Below the pieces are notes generated by a model that worked only from the letters and a program-made list of their open reading frames with translations, did not search any database and had not been told where the DNA came from. Below are positions 10,023 to 18,597 of a stretch of 64,000 nucleotides of DNA, piece after piece. The stretch's first letter is position 1; the number at the start of each line of letters is the position of its first letter. Source of the DNA: an uncultured delta proteobacterium (GTDB taxonomy: Bacteria; Desulfobacterota; Binatia; UBA9968); contig CAVUVW010000014.1 of the NCBI GenBank assembly GCA_963745035.1, positions 672,001 through 736,000 on the forward strand, read 5' to 3'. Made by a program: the position numbers and the translations under genes.

Positions 10023-10411
10023 CTAGCGAACCAGCACCTCGCCGCGCATGTGTTCGTGGCGCTCGCAGAAATAGCTGTACGTTCCCGGCTGAGCGAAAGT
10101 GAAGCTGAAGCTCCCGCCTTTGCCGTCCAGGGACGCCGCAAAACCATTTTCTTTTTTCTCGGCGGTGACGGTATGAAGGATCTCGTCTTCATTGACCCAG
10201 CTCACCAAGGTTCCCGGCCTCACTTCGATCCGTCCCGGTTGAAACTGGAAAAGTTTAATCGCCACATTGCCGAGCGGTTGCGGCTTGGCGCCTTCGACAA
10301 CCGCCGCTGGCTTCAGCGGCTCGTCGTCGCATTCGTCATGGCCCAGGCCGGAGCGGCCCACGCCAATATCATCGCCGCCACGGTGGTGAAAACTCTTTGC
10401 CTGCGCTTCAT
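10023..10411 (-). CDS. exported cupredoxin/plastocyanin-like protein (one frameshift near 10340)
   Basis: Signal peptide MKRRQRVFTTVAAMILAWAAPAWA from ATG 10411 (GGAG SD). One extra C would join it to a domain with type-1 Cu ligands 'LHTVT' and 'YFCERHEHM'. Confidence 0.8.
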
Positions 10412-10460
10412 ATCTTCTCCTTTTTTCTGTTTGCCGACCCGCGCTGCCTTCTGTGGTGCT

Positions 10461-10488
10461 CTACGGCTGGATTCGGGAACTTGGATTT
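10461..10488 (-). promoter_or_regulatory. putative ECF-sigma promoter for the cupredoxin operon
   Basis: Minus strand AAATCC-N17-CGTAG, about 50 nt upstream of ATG 10411. Confidence 0.6.
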
Positions 10489-10534
10489 GGCGCAGCAAAC
10501 TTTTCGGCGTGAAAAGAATTTTCTTGGATCGAAT

Positions 10535-10562
10535 AAATCCAAACCGCCGGGTCCGAACGTAG
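10535..10562 (+). promoter_or_regulatory. putative autoregulatory ECF-sigma promoter
   Basis: Plus strand AAATCC-N17-CGTAG upstream of the anti-sigma/sigma genes; same motif and spacing as the divergent copy. Confidence 0.6.
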
Positions 10563-10636
10563 GTAATACAGGCGCGGTTTGCGCCGTTCGATCGAACCCG
10601 GTTATAGTGGCCCGGCTCAATCGAACAGGTTGGCCT

Positions 10637-11194
10637 ATGGATCACGACAACTGGTTGGATTTAGTGGATATTTACGCTGCAGGCGCATTGGACGGCGACG
10701 AACTTAGCCGCTTCGAGGCGCATCTCTCTGCGGGCTGCCTGCAATGTCAGGCGCGTATTCGCGAGACTCGGGAAGCGCTGGCAGGCTTATCGGCCACGCT
10801 TGAACCGATCACCCCAGCAGACTCGGTTAAGGCAAGGCTCTTGGAGCGCATCGACTCCGAAAAGCCGGGCTTGGTCTACATTCCCGCCAACGAAGGCAAA
10901 TGGATCGACGTCGAGCCTGGAATTGTCGCTAAGATCTTAAACCTGGATACCGAACGGGGGCAGGTCACGGCCCTTGTGCGCATGGCGCCCGGTTCAGCCT
11001 ACGCCGATCATCGCCATCTGGGAACGGAAGAGGTTCTGGTCCTGGAGGGAAGCTGCTATTGCGGCGGGCGCCTGCTGCGGCCGGGCGACTATCACCGCGC
11101 CGAGGCCGGCAGCATTCATCTCGACACGCGCACCGACGAGGGTTCGCTCATGCTGGTCACCGCGCCGCTGCAAAAGGAAATGCTTGCGACCTGA
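10637..11194 (+). CDS. zinc anti-sigma domain + cupin (ChrR-like) protein
   Basis: 'YAAGALD..FEAHLSAGCLQC' followed by a cupin 'HRHLGTEEVLVLEG..GSIH'. Confidence 0.85.
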   Translation: MDHDNWLDLVDIYAAGALDGDELSRFEAHLSAGCLQCQARIRETREALAGLSATLEPITPADSVKARLLERIDSEKPGLVYIPANEGKWIDVEPGIVAKILNLDTERGQVTALVRMAPGSAYADHRHLGTEEVLVLEGSCYCGGRLLRPGDYHRAEAGSIHLDTRTDEGSLMLVTAPLQKEMLAT

Positions 11195-11237
11195 CTCCAG
11201 TGATAGCACGTACGCTGATTCAATCGGAAGATCGGTG

Positions 11238-11801
11238 ATGACTGTCGAATCAATGAGCAGTTCTATTTCTTTGATTCAAAGAATCGGCGCCCAAAACCGC
11301 GACGCGTTCAGCCAGTTCTACGACCGCTATTCCCCGATCGTATATTCCCTGGCACTGCGCATGCTGAGAGCGCAATCCGATGCCGAAGATCTGCTGCAGG
11401 AAGTCTTTCTGCAAGTGTGGCGCCAGGCCACAGCCTACAACGCCGAGCGCGGCAGCCCGGAGGCTTGGTTGATCAACATCGCGCGCAGCCGGGCAATCGA
11501 TAAGCTCCGTTCCATACGTAGAAGAGAAAGAAGCTTTGTTTTGACCGATGATCCGGCCGCGGCGGAATCGCCGGACAACGTGGAAACGTCCGCTGGAGAA
11601 TCGGAAACTCGCTTGGCGATGAACAGCGCCCTGGCAAGTTTACCGGAAGCGCAGCGGCGCGTGCTCGAGTTGGCTTATTTTGACGGCTTGAGCCAGACGG
11701 AAATCGCCGCTCGGCTGGCGGAGCCGCTGGGAACGGTCAAAACCAGAATGCGCTCGGGGATTCTGCGTCTAAGAGGTATGCTTGGAACCCAGGCTGCATA
11801 A
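11238..11801 (+). CDS. ECF RNA polymerase sigma factor (SigK-like)
   Basis: 'DAEDLLQEVFLQVW', 'WLINIARSRAIDKLR', 'LAYFDGLSQTEIA..PLGTVKTR'. Confidence 0.92.
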   Translation: MTVESMSSSISLIQRIGAQNRDAFSQFYDRYSPIVYSLALRMLRAQSDAEDLLQEVFLQVWRQATAYNAERGSPEAWLINIARSRAIDKLRSIRRRERSFVLTDDPAAAESPDNVETSAGESETRLAMNSALASLPEAQRRVLELAYFDGLSQTEIAARLAEPLGTVKTRMRSGILRLRGMLGTQAA

Positions 11802-12534
11802 TGGCCACCGAACATGAACATTGGCGCGAGTGTAGCGACATCTACGCCCTCGGCGCGCTCGATGGCGAGGAACTGAAGAATTTTCAAGCTCATCTCGCCA
11901 CCGATTGCCCGACTTGCGAAGCCTACGTTCGCGACAGGGGCGAAACTCTGAACTTGCTGCACCGTTCGCTCCGCCCGTTGACACCGCCATCTGCCGTAAA
12001 GGCGCGCATCCTCCATCAGATCGATAACGATGCAGCGGTATCGATCGCTGCAAGAACATCTTCGCGCCCGCAGCTTTGGCGTCGCATGGCGGGAACCATC
12101 GCCGCGGCAATAGCGGGCGTCGTTCTCGCCGGCGGCTACTTCCATTTTCGCTACGAGCCGCGCCATACGGTTTATAGCGCCGTCGTCAATCTGTTGCGCG
12201 ATCCGTCGACTCGAGATCTACCGCTCCACGGCGCCGGACCGACACCGCAGGCAAGAGGACGTTTTCTCTGGAACGCATCGGGCGAAGGGCATATTTTCGT
12301 GACCAATCTTCCCGCCGCGCCGACGGGAAAAATGTACGCGGTCTGGACCATCGCGCAAAGCGCGGCGCCGCGTTACGTCGGCACGGTCAAGACCGATGCA
12401 GCGGGCCAAGGCGGCCTGCACATCAACACAGCGGACAATGAGGTCCCGTGGAAACCTTTGCCGTCACCCTCGAGCCCGACGGCACCACTGCCGCGCCCAC
12501 CGGTCCCATGGTCCTCGTATCGAAGCAGTCGTAA
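11801..12534 (+). CDS. RskA-like membrane anti-sigma factor (one frameshift near 12445)
   Basis: 'HLATDCPTC', one TM helix, 'MYAVW'. The alternative frame supplies the RskA-type end 'FAVTLEPDGTTAAPTGPMVL', stop at 12534. Confidence 0.85.
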
Positions 12535-12567
12535 ATCTGCATTGCGCTACGTTCACGTCCGCTAAAT

Positions 12568-13080
12568 TCAAAGATCACGAACATGATCAGGCTCTTCGGT
12601 TTTCCGAGCTGTTGACCGTTGCCTGTTGCCTGCCGCCTTCTTCCAAACCATTTTCCGATGGGGAATGCCGGCTTCTAGGAAAACCGGGCCGACGCAGACG
12701 AAACCCAGCTTCTCGTAGAAACCGATGACGGGAATTTGAGCGTGGAGATAAATCTGCCGCGCGCCAAGACGCCGCGCCGCAGCCACCGCTTGTTTGAGCA
12801 GCTTCGCCCCAACGCCCTGATGTCGAAATGATTTCAGCACCGCCATGCGCCCGATCTTCGCGCTGTCACGGCGCAGCACGAGGCGAGCCGTTCCCACCGC
12901 CCGGTTCGAGGCCAATGCGATGAAATGCCGCGCGCGATGATCGTCGTCGTCGAGCTCGATCTCCGGCGGCACGCCCTGCTCGCGCACAAAGACGCGCATG
13001 CGGATGGCGAAAGCCCGCGCCTTTGCCTCCTCCGAAGAAATCTGTTTAACCTGAAGCGTTTTCACAGACTCGCGACTCAA
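12568..13080 (-). CDS. GNAT N-acetyltransferase (ElaA/YjcF-like)
   Basis: 'RMRVFVREQGV', 'KIGRMAV', 'LHAQ..FYEKLGF..EAGIPH'. Confidence 0.9.
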   Translation of the reverse strand: MSRESVKTLQVKQISSEEAKARAFAIRMRVFVREQGVPPEIELDDDDHRARHFIALASNRAVGTARLVLRRDSAKIGRMAVLKSFRHQGVGAKLLKQAVAAARRLGARQIYLHAQIPVIGFYEKLGFVCVGPVFLEAGIPHRKMVWKKAAGNRQRSTARKTEEPDHVRDL

Positions 13081-13117
13081 ACTTCTTTCATCGACGAACC
13101 GGCGAAGGGATCAGCGC

Positions 13118-14161
13118 ATGAGCGCAGCGGCGAATTCTCCAACACCTCGGGTTACCTTCGGCGTTCGGGCACCCAACTCCGGGCCGCTGGCGACGCCCGC
13201 GTCGCTGGTCGAAGTCGCGCGCGAAGCCGAGGCCCTGGGTTACGATTCCGTCTGGGTGCATGATCATCTCACCTGGTCCGACGAAATCCACCGCACGCAT
13301 ATCTCGTCAGGCGCGGATCATGGCGCCGCCGGCAATCCAAGCCCGGATTTCTACGAAGCGATGACCTCGCTCGCCTACCTTGCCGGGCAGGTGCGCACGG
13401 TGCGCCTCGGCGTTGCCTGCGTGGTCGTGCCCTGTCGCAACCCGCTGCTCGCCGCCAAACAGATCGCCACTCTCGACGTGCTGTGCCAGGGCCGCCTCGA
13501 TATCGGCGTCGGCATCGGCTCGCCGTCGACGATCAAATCGCGCGAATATGAAACGCTGGGCGTCAACCGCAAACAGCGCGGCAAGATCGCCGACGATCAC
13601 TTGCGCGCGATGAAGACCATCTGGACAACGCACCCGTCGAGCTACGAAGGACCATTCGTGAGATTCACCGACGCCGCGATCTGTCCGAAGCCGTTGCAAA
13701 AACCCCATCCGCCGCTCTGGGTCGGCGGCTGGACCGAAGCGGCCATGAAGCGCACCGCCGCGCTCGGCGACGGCTGGCTGCCGGCCTGGCTCTTGCCGGA
13801 AGACATCGCCAAGCGCTTCCGCGAAGTCAGAGAGATGACCGAGCGGCACGGCCGCGACCCGGAAAAAATTCATCTTGGCATCGAAGTTTATGGCTGTATC
13901 GACGAAGACCCGGCCAAAGCGCGGCGCGACGGCTTCGGCACCTTGGCGATCGGCCAGAGCACCTTCGAGCGCTTTATGACAGTCGAACAACTGGCGGAGG
14001 TGAGCCTGATCGGCTCGCCGGAAGAGATTCGCCGCCGCGTGAAGGCGTACAGCGAGGCCGGCGTGTCGCATTTCGAGATCAAGTTTATTTACCCGAGCCT
14101 CGAGCGCCACTCGCAGATGCTGCGGCTCTTCGCCAAAGAGATTCTCTCCGAGTGGCGTTAG
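13118..14161 (+). CDS. LLM class flavin/F420-dependent oxidoreductase
   Basis: 'GYDSVWVHDH', 'AKQIATLD..GRLDIGVG', 'PKPLQKPHPPLWVGG'. Confidence 0.9.
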   Translation: MSAAANSPTPRVTFGVRAPNSGPLATPASLVEVAREAEALGYDSVWVHDHLTWSDEIHRTHISSGADHGAAGNPSPDFYEAMTSLAYLAGQVRTVRLGVACVVVPCRNPLLAAKQIATLDVLCQGRLDIGVGIGSPSTIKSREYETLGVNRKQRGKIADDHLRAMKTIWTTHPSSYEGPFVRFTDAAICPKPLQKPHPPLWVGGWTEAAMKRTAALGDGWLPAWLLPEDIAKRFREVREMTERHGRDPEKIHLGIEVYGCIDEDPAKARRDGFGTLAIGQSTFERFMTVEQLAEVSLIGSPEEIRRRVKAYSEAGVSHFEIKFIYPSLERHSQMLRLFAKEILSEWR

Positions 14162-14198
14162 CCATCCTGCGAACTGCGCCCTCAGCGAGGGGCACGAA

Positions 14199-14909
14199 TC
14201 ATTTCATCTCGCGCAGCAAACGACCGTAGCCGGGCACGGGACTGCGCATGCCCATGGCGCGCAGCGCTTCCCAAGTCCAAGCCTGCGTGTTGGTCACCAC
14301 CGGCTTGCCGCCGTCGTTTTCGATGCGCTCGATCACCGACGCCGTACGCCACTTGTTGCAAGGCAGGTACACGCCGTCGACGTCCGGATGCTCGCGCAGC
14401 AGAGCCGTGGCCAAATCATACCCGGTCTCCGGCGCGAGCTGCCAGATCACGTCCGCGTTGGGACAGCCCAGGCCGCGGAAGGCGACCACCTCAATGCCGT
14501 CATGGGCAAGAAACTTCACCAGGCGCTCGTCCTGATCTTCGGGAAACGGCGACGCCATCACCACCCGCTTGAGCCCCAGCGCGCGACAGCCGCGGGTGAC
14601 CGCGGTCAAGACCGTCGAAGCGGCAACCGGGGTGATCTGTTTCACCAGATTCAGGATCTCGCGATCCGAGCCCGGCCCTTTGTAGGACAGAAACAATTCG
14701 CCGGTGACCATCAAGAAATCCAGCGGCCGCTGCGCCAGCTCGCGCACCAGACCTTGAAAGGTCAACTCCGCGCGATGAAACTCATCGTCGGTATACTTGC
14801 CGACGTGTAGCGTCCGTCCTTCGATGCGGATATCGGCCGGAAAAATCTTGTAGACGTCGACCAAAGTCTCCTCGGTGGTGTTCGGCGAAATCAGTCCGAT
14901 CAGCTTCAT
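14199..14909 (-). CDS. maleate isomerase/arylmalonate decarboxylase (Asp/Glu racemase superfamily) protein
   Basis: 'IGLISP', 'ALGLKRVVMASPF', 'DGVYLPC', 'GKPVVTNTQA', 'PGYGRLL'. Confidence 0.8.
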   Translation of the reverse strand: MKLIGLISPNTTEETLVDVYKIFPADIRIEGRTLHVGKYTDDEFHRAELTFQGLVRELAQRPLDFLMVTGELFLSYKGPGSDREILNLVKQITPVAASTVLTAVTRGCRALGLKRVVMASPFPEDQDERLVKFLAHDGIEVVAFRGLGCPNADVIWQLAPETGYDLATALLREHPDVDGVYLPCNKWRTASVIERIENDGGKPVVTNTQAWTWEALRAMGMRSPVPGYGRLLREMK

Positions 14910-15078
14910 TGATCCTCCACGCTCGCATGCCGGCTCGGCTGCGGCTATCTGTTTCATCTACTCGACCGCGCGGCGGCTTTCAAATGTACATCGCAATTTT
15001 TTCGGACGGTAGCTGCGATTTCTGCCGGCGATGCGCGCTCATTCGCAACAGCTTCCGAGCTTTGCTAGTGTGGCGCCG

Positions 15079-15876
15079 ATGCCATCGATCCGCAAAGCTC
15101 TGACGATCGCCGGATCGGATTCCGGCGCCGGCGCCGGCATTCAGGCCGATCTCAAAACCTTCGCCGCCCTCGGCGTCTACGGCACCTCGGCGATCACCGC
15201 GATCACGGCGCAGAATACTATCGGCGTGAGCCAAGTTTTCGCTCTTAGCCCAAAGCTCGTCGAAAACCAGATTGACGCGATCATGGAAGACATCGGCGCC
15301 CACGCGGTGAAGACCGGCATGCTCGCCAACGCTGCGATTATCCGCATGGTGGCGAGAACCGCGCGCCGGCACCGACTCAAGAACCTTGTCGTCGACCCGG
15401 TAATGGTGGCAACCTCCGGCGATCTTCTGATCGAGAAAAACGCGGTGGCGGCCTTGCGCTCCGAGCTCATTCCTGTGGCGGCGTTGGTTACGCCGAATAT
15501 TCCCGAAGCCGCAGAGCTCACGGGGATGAAGCTTCGTGGCCGCGAGGATATTGAACAGGCCGCGCGGAAAATCGTTGAGATGGGAGCGCCGGCGGTGATT
15601 ATCAAAGGCGGCCACCTGAAAGGCCCGGCAGTGGATCTATTTTTCGACGGAAAAAAGCTCAGCGCGCTGCGCGCGCCGCGGATTCGCACAAAGAATACGC
15701 ACGGCACCGGCTGCACGTTCTCCGCAGCCGTCGCCGCCTACCTGGCGCGCGGCGCGGATCTGGAAGATGCCGTTCGTGCCGCGAAAAAGTACGTTACCGC
15801 GGCGCTCCGCCGCGGTTTCGCGGTCGGCGCCGGGCATGGTCCGGTGCATCACTTCTACCGATTATGGAGAAATTGA
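15079..15876 (+). CDS. thiD: hydroxymethylpyrimidine/phosphomethylpyrimidine kinase
   Basis: 'TIAGSDSGAGAGIQADLKTF', 'NTHGTGCTFSAA'. Confidence 0.95.
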   Translation: MPSIRKALTIAGSDSGAGAGIQADLKTFAALGVYGTSAITAITAQNTIGVSQVFALSPKLVENQIDAIMEDIGAHAVKTGMLANAAIIRMVARTARRHRLKNLVVDPVMVATSGDLLIEKNAVAALRSELIPVAALVTPNIPEAAELTGMKLRGREDIEQAARKIVEMGAPAVIIKGGHLKGPAVDLFFDGKKLSALRAPRIRTKNTHGTGCTFSAAVAAYLARGADLEDAVRAAKKYVTAALRRGFAVGAGHGPVHHFYRLWRN

Positions 15877-15881
15877 CGGTC

Positions 15882-15940
15882 GAGGATTGAGGATCGAGGA
15901 TGGAAGATCGCAATCCTCCATCCTCGATCCTCCGCTCTTT
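15882..15940. repeat. heptamer-periodic inverted repeat between convergent thiD and pyrF
   Basis: GAGGATT GAGGATC GAGGATG GAAGATC gc AATCCTC CATCCTC GATCCTC. Confidence 0.75.
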
Positions 15941-15975
15941 CGAAGCGCGCAAATCGCGGAAATGGAACTTAACCA

Positions 15976-16737
15976 CTACCGGTACCGGCCCACCTGCTCC
16001 ATGTCGGCGACGATGGCGCGCGCGGCGTCGACCGGGTTTGGTGCTTCGACGATCGGCCTGCCCACGACGATATAATCGACGCCGGCGCGCACCGCGTCCG
16101 CCGGCGTCATCACCCGCTGCTGATCGTTGCGATTGCTTTCCGCCGGACGGATTCCCGGCGTCACGATCACAAAGCTCGGGCCGCACGCGGCGCGAATGTC
16201 GGCGACTTCATGGGGCGAGGCGACCACGCCGTCCATCGCGGCTTCTTTGGTCAGAAGCGCGAGGCGCACGACTTGATCGGCGACTTTGCGCTCGACCCCG
16301 ACCCGCTGCAGATCGTCTTGATTCAAGCTCGTCAGCACCGTCACCGCCAGCATGATCGGCCGGCGCATTTTTTCCCGCCGGCAGACGCGCTCCACCTCTT
16401 TCACCGTCGTGCGCATCATTTCCAGACTGCCCGATGCGTGCACGTTGAACATTTTTACGCTGAGGCGCGTGGCTTCAATGGCGGCTTTGGCGACGGTGTT
16501 GGGGATGTCGTGAAATTTCAAATCGAGAAAAATTTCCCCGCCGAGCTGTTGAATCAGCTCGACCGCGCGCGGGCCGGCATGGGTAAAAAGCTGCTTGCCG
16601 ATCTTGAACATGCCGACTTCGCCGGCAAGCCGCTGGACAAGGGTCTTGGCTTGCTCCATGGAATCGACGTCGAGAGCCACGATCAGCCGGTCGCGCATGG
16701 GACCCCGTTTTCGTACCAGCTCGAGCTTGGACGCCAT
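15976..16737 (-). CDS. pyrF: orotidine-5'-phosphate decarboxylase
   Basis: 'LIVALD', 'FLDLKFHDIPNTV', 'VTPGIRP', 'IVVGRPI'. Confidence 0.95.
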   Translation of the reverse strand: MASKLELVRKRGPMRDRLIVALDVDSMEQAKTLVQRLAGEVGMFKIGKQLFTHAGPRAVELIQQLGGEIFLDLKFHDIPNTVAKAAIEATRLSVKMFNVHASGSLEMMRTTVKEVERVCRREKMRRPIMLAVTVLTSLNQDDLQRVGVERKVADQVVRLALLTKEAAMDGVVASPHEVADIRAACGPSFVIVTPGIRPAESNRNDQQRVMTPADAVRAGVDYIVVGRPIVEAPNPVDAARAIVADMEQVGRYR

Positions 16738-16741
16738 GTCT

Positions 16742-18469
16742 TTATACCTGGAGGGCTTCGCGAATGATTTGATGGATTTTGTCAGCCGCGCCCGCGGTGG
16801 CAATCTCCTCGATCCGGCCGTCGCTGCGCCGCCGCAGCTCGAAGTTGTTTTTCTCCAGTCCCTTGGCCCCGATCGTTACCCGCAGCGGTATGCCGATCAG
16901 ATCGCCGTCCTTGAACTTGACCCCGGGACGCTCGGCGCGATCGTCGAGCAGAACTTCCACGCCGCGCGCTTGCAGCTCTCGATAGAGCTCGTCGGTCGCG
17001 TCGCGAATTTTTTTATCGTCGTAGTTGATCGGCAGCAGCAGCACCTGAAACGGCGCGATCGAAAGCGGCCAGATGATGCCGTTGGCGTCGTGGTTTTGCT
17101 CCACCGCCGCAGCGACCATGCGGCTGATGCCGATGCCGTAGCAGCCCATTTCGATGGGCCGTTCGCGGCCCTCGGCATCGAGGTAGGTCGCGCCCATGGC
17201 TTCGCTGTATTTCGTGCCCAGGTAAAATACCTGGCCGACCTCGATGCCGCGATGGGCTTCGAGCGCGCCCGCCTCGCAGCGCGGGCAGGCGTCGCCGGCG
17301 CCGGGCAGACGCAGGTCGGCAAACGCCGTGGGCGTGAAATCGCGCTCTTGATCGACTTCGATGAAGTGCGCGTCGGGCTCGTTGGCGCCGACCACTGCGC
17401 CGCGCATGCCGTGAATGCCGAGGTCAGCGATCATGCGCAGCCGCAAACCGATCGGTCCCAAAAAACCCGGCGCCACGCCGGCCGAAGCGGCCACCGAAGC
17501 TTCATCCGCCAGGGTCAAATCTTTGCATTTCAAAACCGCTCCGAGCTTGAGCTCGTTGACTTCATGATCGCCACGCACCAGCGCCGCGACCAACTCGCCG
17601 CCGTCGGTCTTATAAACCAGCGTCTTGATAAACCGGTCGACCGGCAGCTTGAGAAAGTCGGCGACCTCGGCGACGGTCTTCTTTCCGGGCGTTGAAACTT
17701 TGGTCAGCTTCGGCGCTTCTTCCGCGATGTCGCGCGCCGCGGGCCGGAGCGCCCGCACCTCGGCCTTCTCGACGTTGGCCGCGTAGTCGCAGCGGTTGCA
17801 GCTCACGATGGCGTCTTCGCCGGATTCGGCGAGCACCTGAAATTCATGAGACTGGCTGCCGCCGATCGCGCCGGTGTCGGCTTCCACCGGGCGAAAGCGC
17901 AGCCCCGAGCGGGAAAAAATCCGCTTGTAGGTTTCGTACATGTTGTCGTATTCGCGCCGGCAGTCGGCCGCGTCGGCGTGAAAGCTGTAGGCGTCTTTCA
18001 TGATGAACTCGCGCCCGCGCATCAGGCCGAAGCGCGGCCGTACCTCGTCGCGAAACTTGGTCTGGATCTGATAGAGATTGAACGGCAAACCGCGGTACGA
18101 GCGCACCGAGCGGCGCACCAGATCGGTGATCACTTCCTCGTGGGTTGGGCCGAGGCAGAAATCGCGCTCGTGGCGGTCTTTGAAGCGCAAAAGCTCCTTG
18201 CCGTACATTTCCCAGCGCCCGCTCTCCTGCCACAGCTCGGCGGGAGAGCAGACCGGCAGCAGCAGCTCCTGGGCGCCGGCCCGGTCCATTTCCTCGCGCA
18301 CGATGCGCTCGACCTTGCGGATCACTTTCAGCGCCAGCGGAAAATAGTCGTAGATACCGCGGCTGATCTGGCGAATAAAACCCGCGCGCACCAGCAGCTT
18401 GTGGCTGACGACTTCGGCGTCCGCCGGATCTTCTTTCAAAGTCGGGATGAGAGTCTTACTCCAACGCAT
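16742..18469 (-). CDS. proS: proline--tRNA ligase
   Basis: 'LGPTHEE', 'FRDEVRPRFGLMRGREF', insertion (editing) domain, 'GCYGIGISR'. Confidence 0.97.
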   Translation of the reverse strand: MRWSKTLIPTLKEDPADAEVVSHKLLVRAGFIRQISRGIYDYFPLALKVIRKVERIVREEMDRAGAQELLLPVCSPAELWQESGRWEMYGKELLRFKDRHERDFCLGPTHEEVITDLVRRSVRSYRGLPFNLYQIQTKFRDEVRPRFGLMRGREFIMKDAYSFHADAADCRREYDNMYETYKRIFSRSGLRFRPVEADTGAIGGSQSHEFQVLAESGEDAIVSCNRCDYAANVEKAEVRALRPAARDIAEEAPKLTKVSTPGKKTVAEVADFLKLPVDRFIKTLVYKTDGGELVAALVRGDHEVNELKLGAVLKCKDLTLADEASVAASAGVAPGFLGPIGLRLRMIADLGIHGMRGAVVGANEPDAHFIEVDQERDFTPTAFADLRLPGAGDACPRCEAGALEAHRGIEVGQVFYLGTKYSEAMGATYLDAEGRERPIEMGCYGIGISRMVAAAVEQNHDANGIIWPLSIAPFQVLLLPINYDDKKIRDATDELYRELQARGVEVLLDDRAERPGVKFKDGDLIGIPLRVTIGAKGLEKNNFELRRRSDGRIEEIATAGAADKIHQIIREALQV

Positions 18470-18597
18470 ATCTGCTTACTTCGCCTCGTGGTAATCTTTA
18501 CCGCGCCTGGGCTCGCAATGCCGACGCCGACCGAGCTCGGCAACGCGCCGTGGTCCGCGCGCCGGCGAACTGAAATGCAATATAAAGGAGAGGGTAA

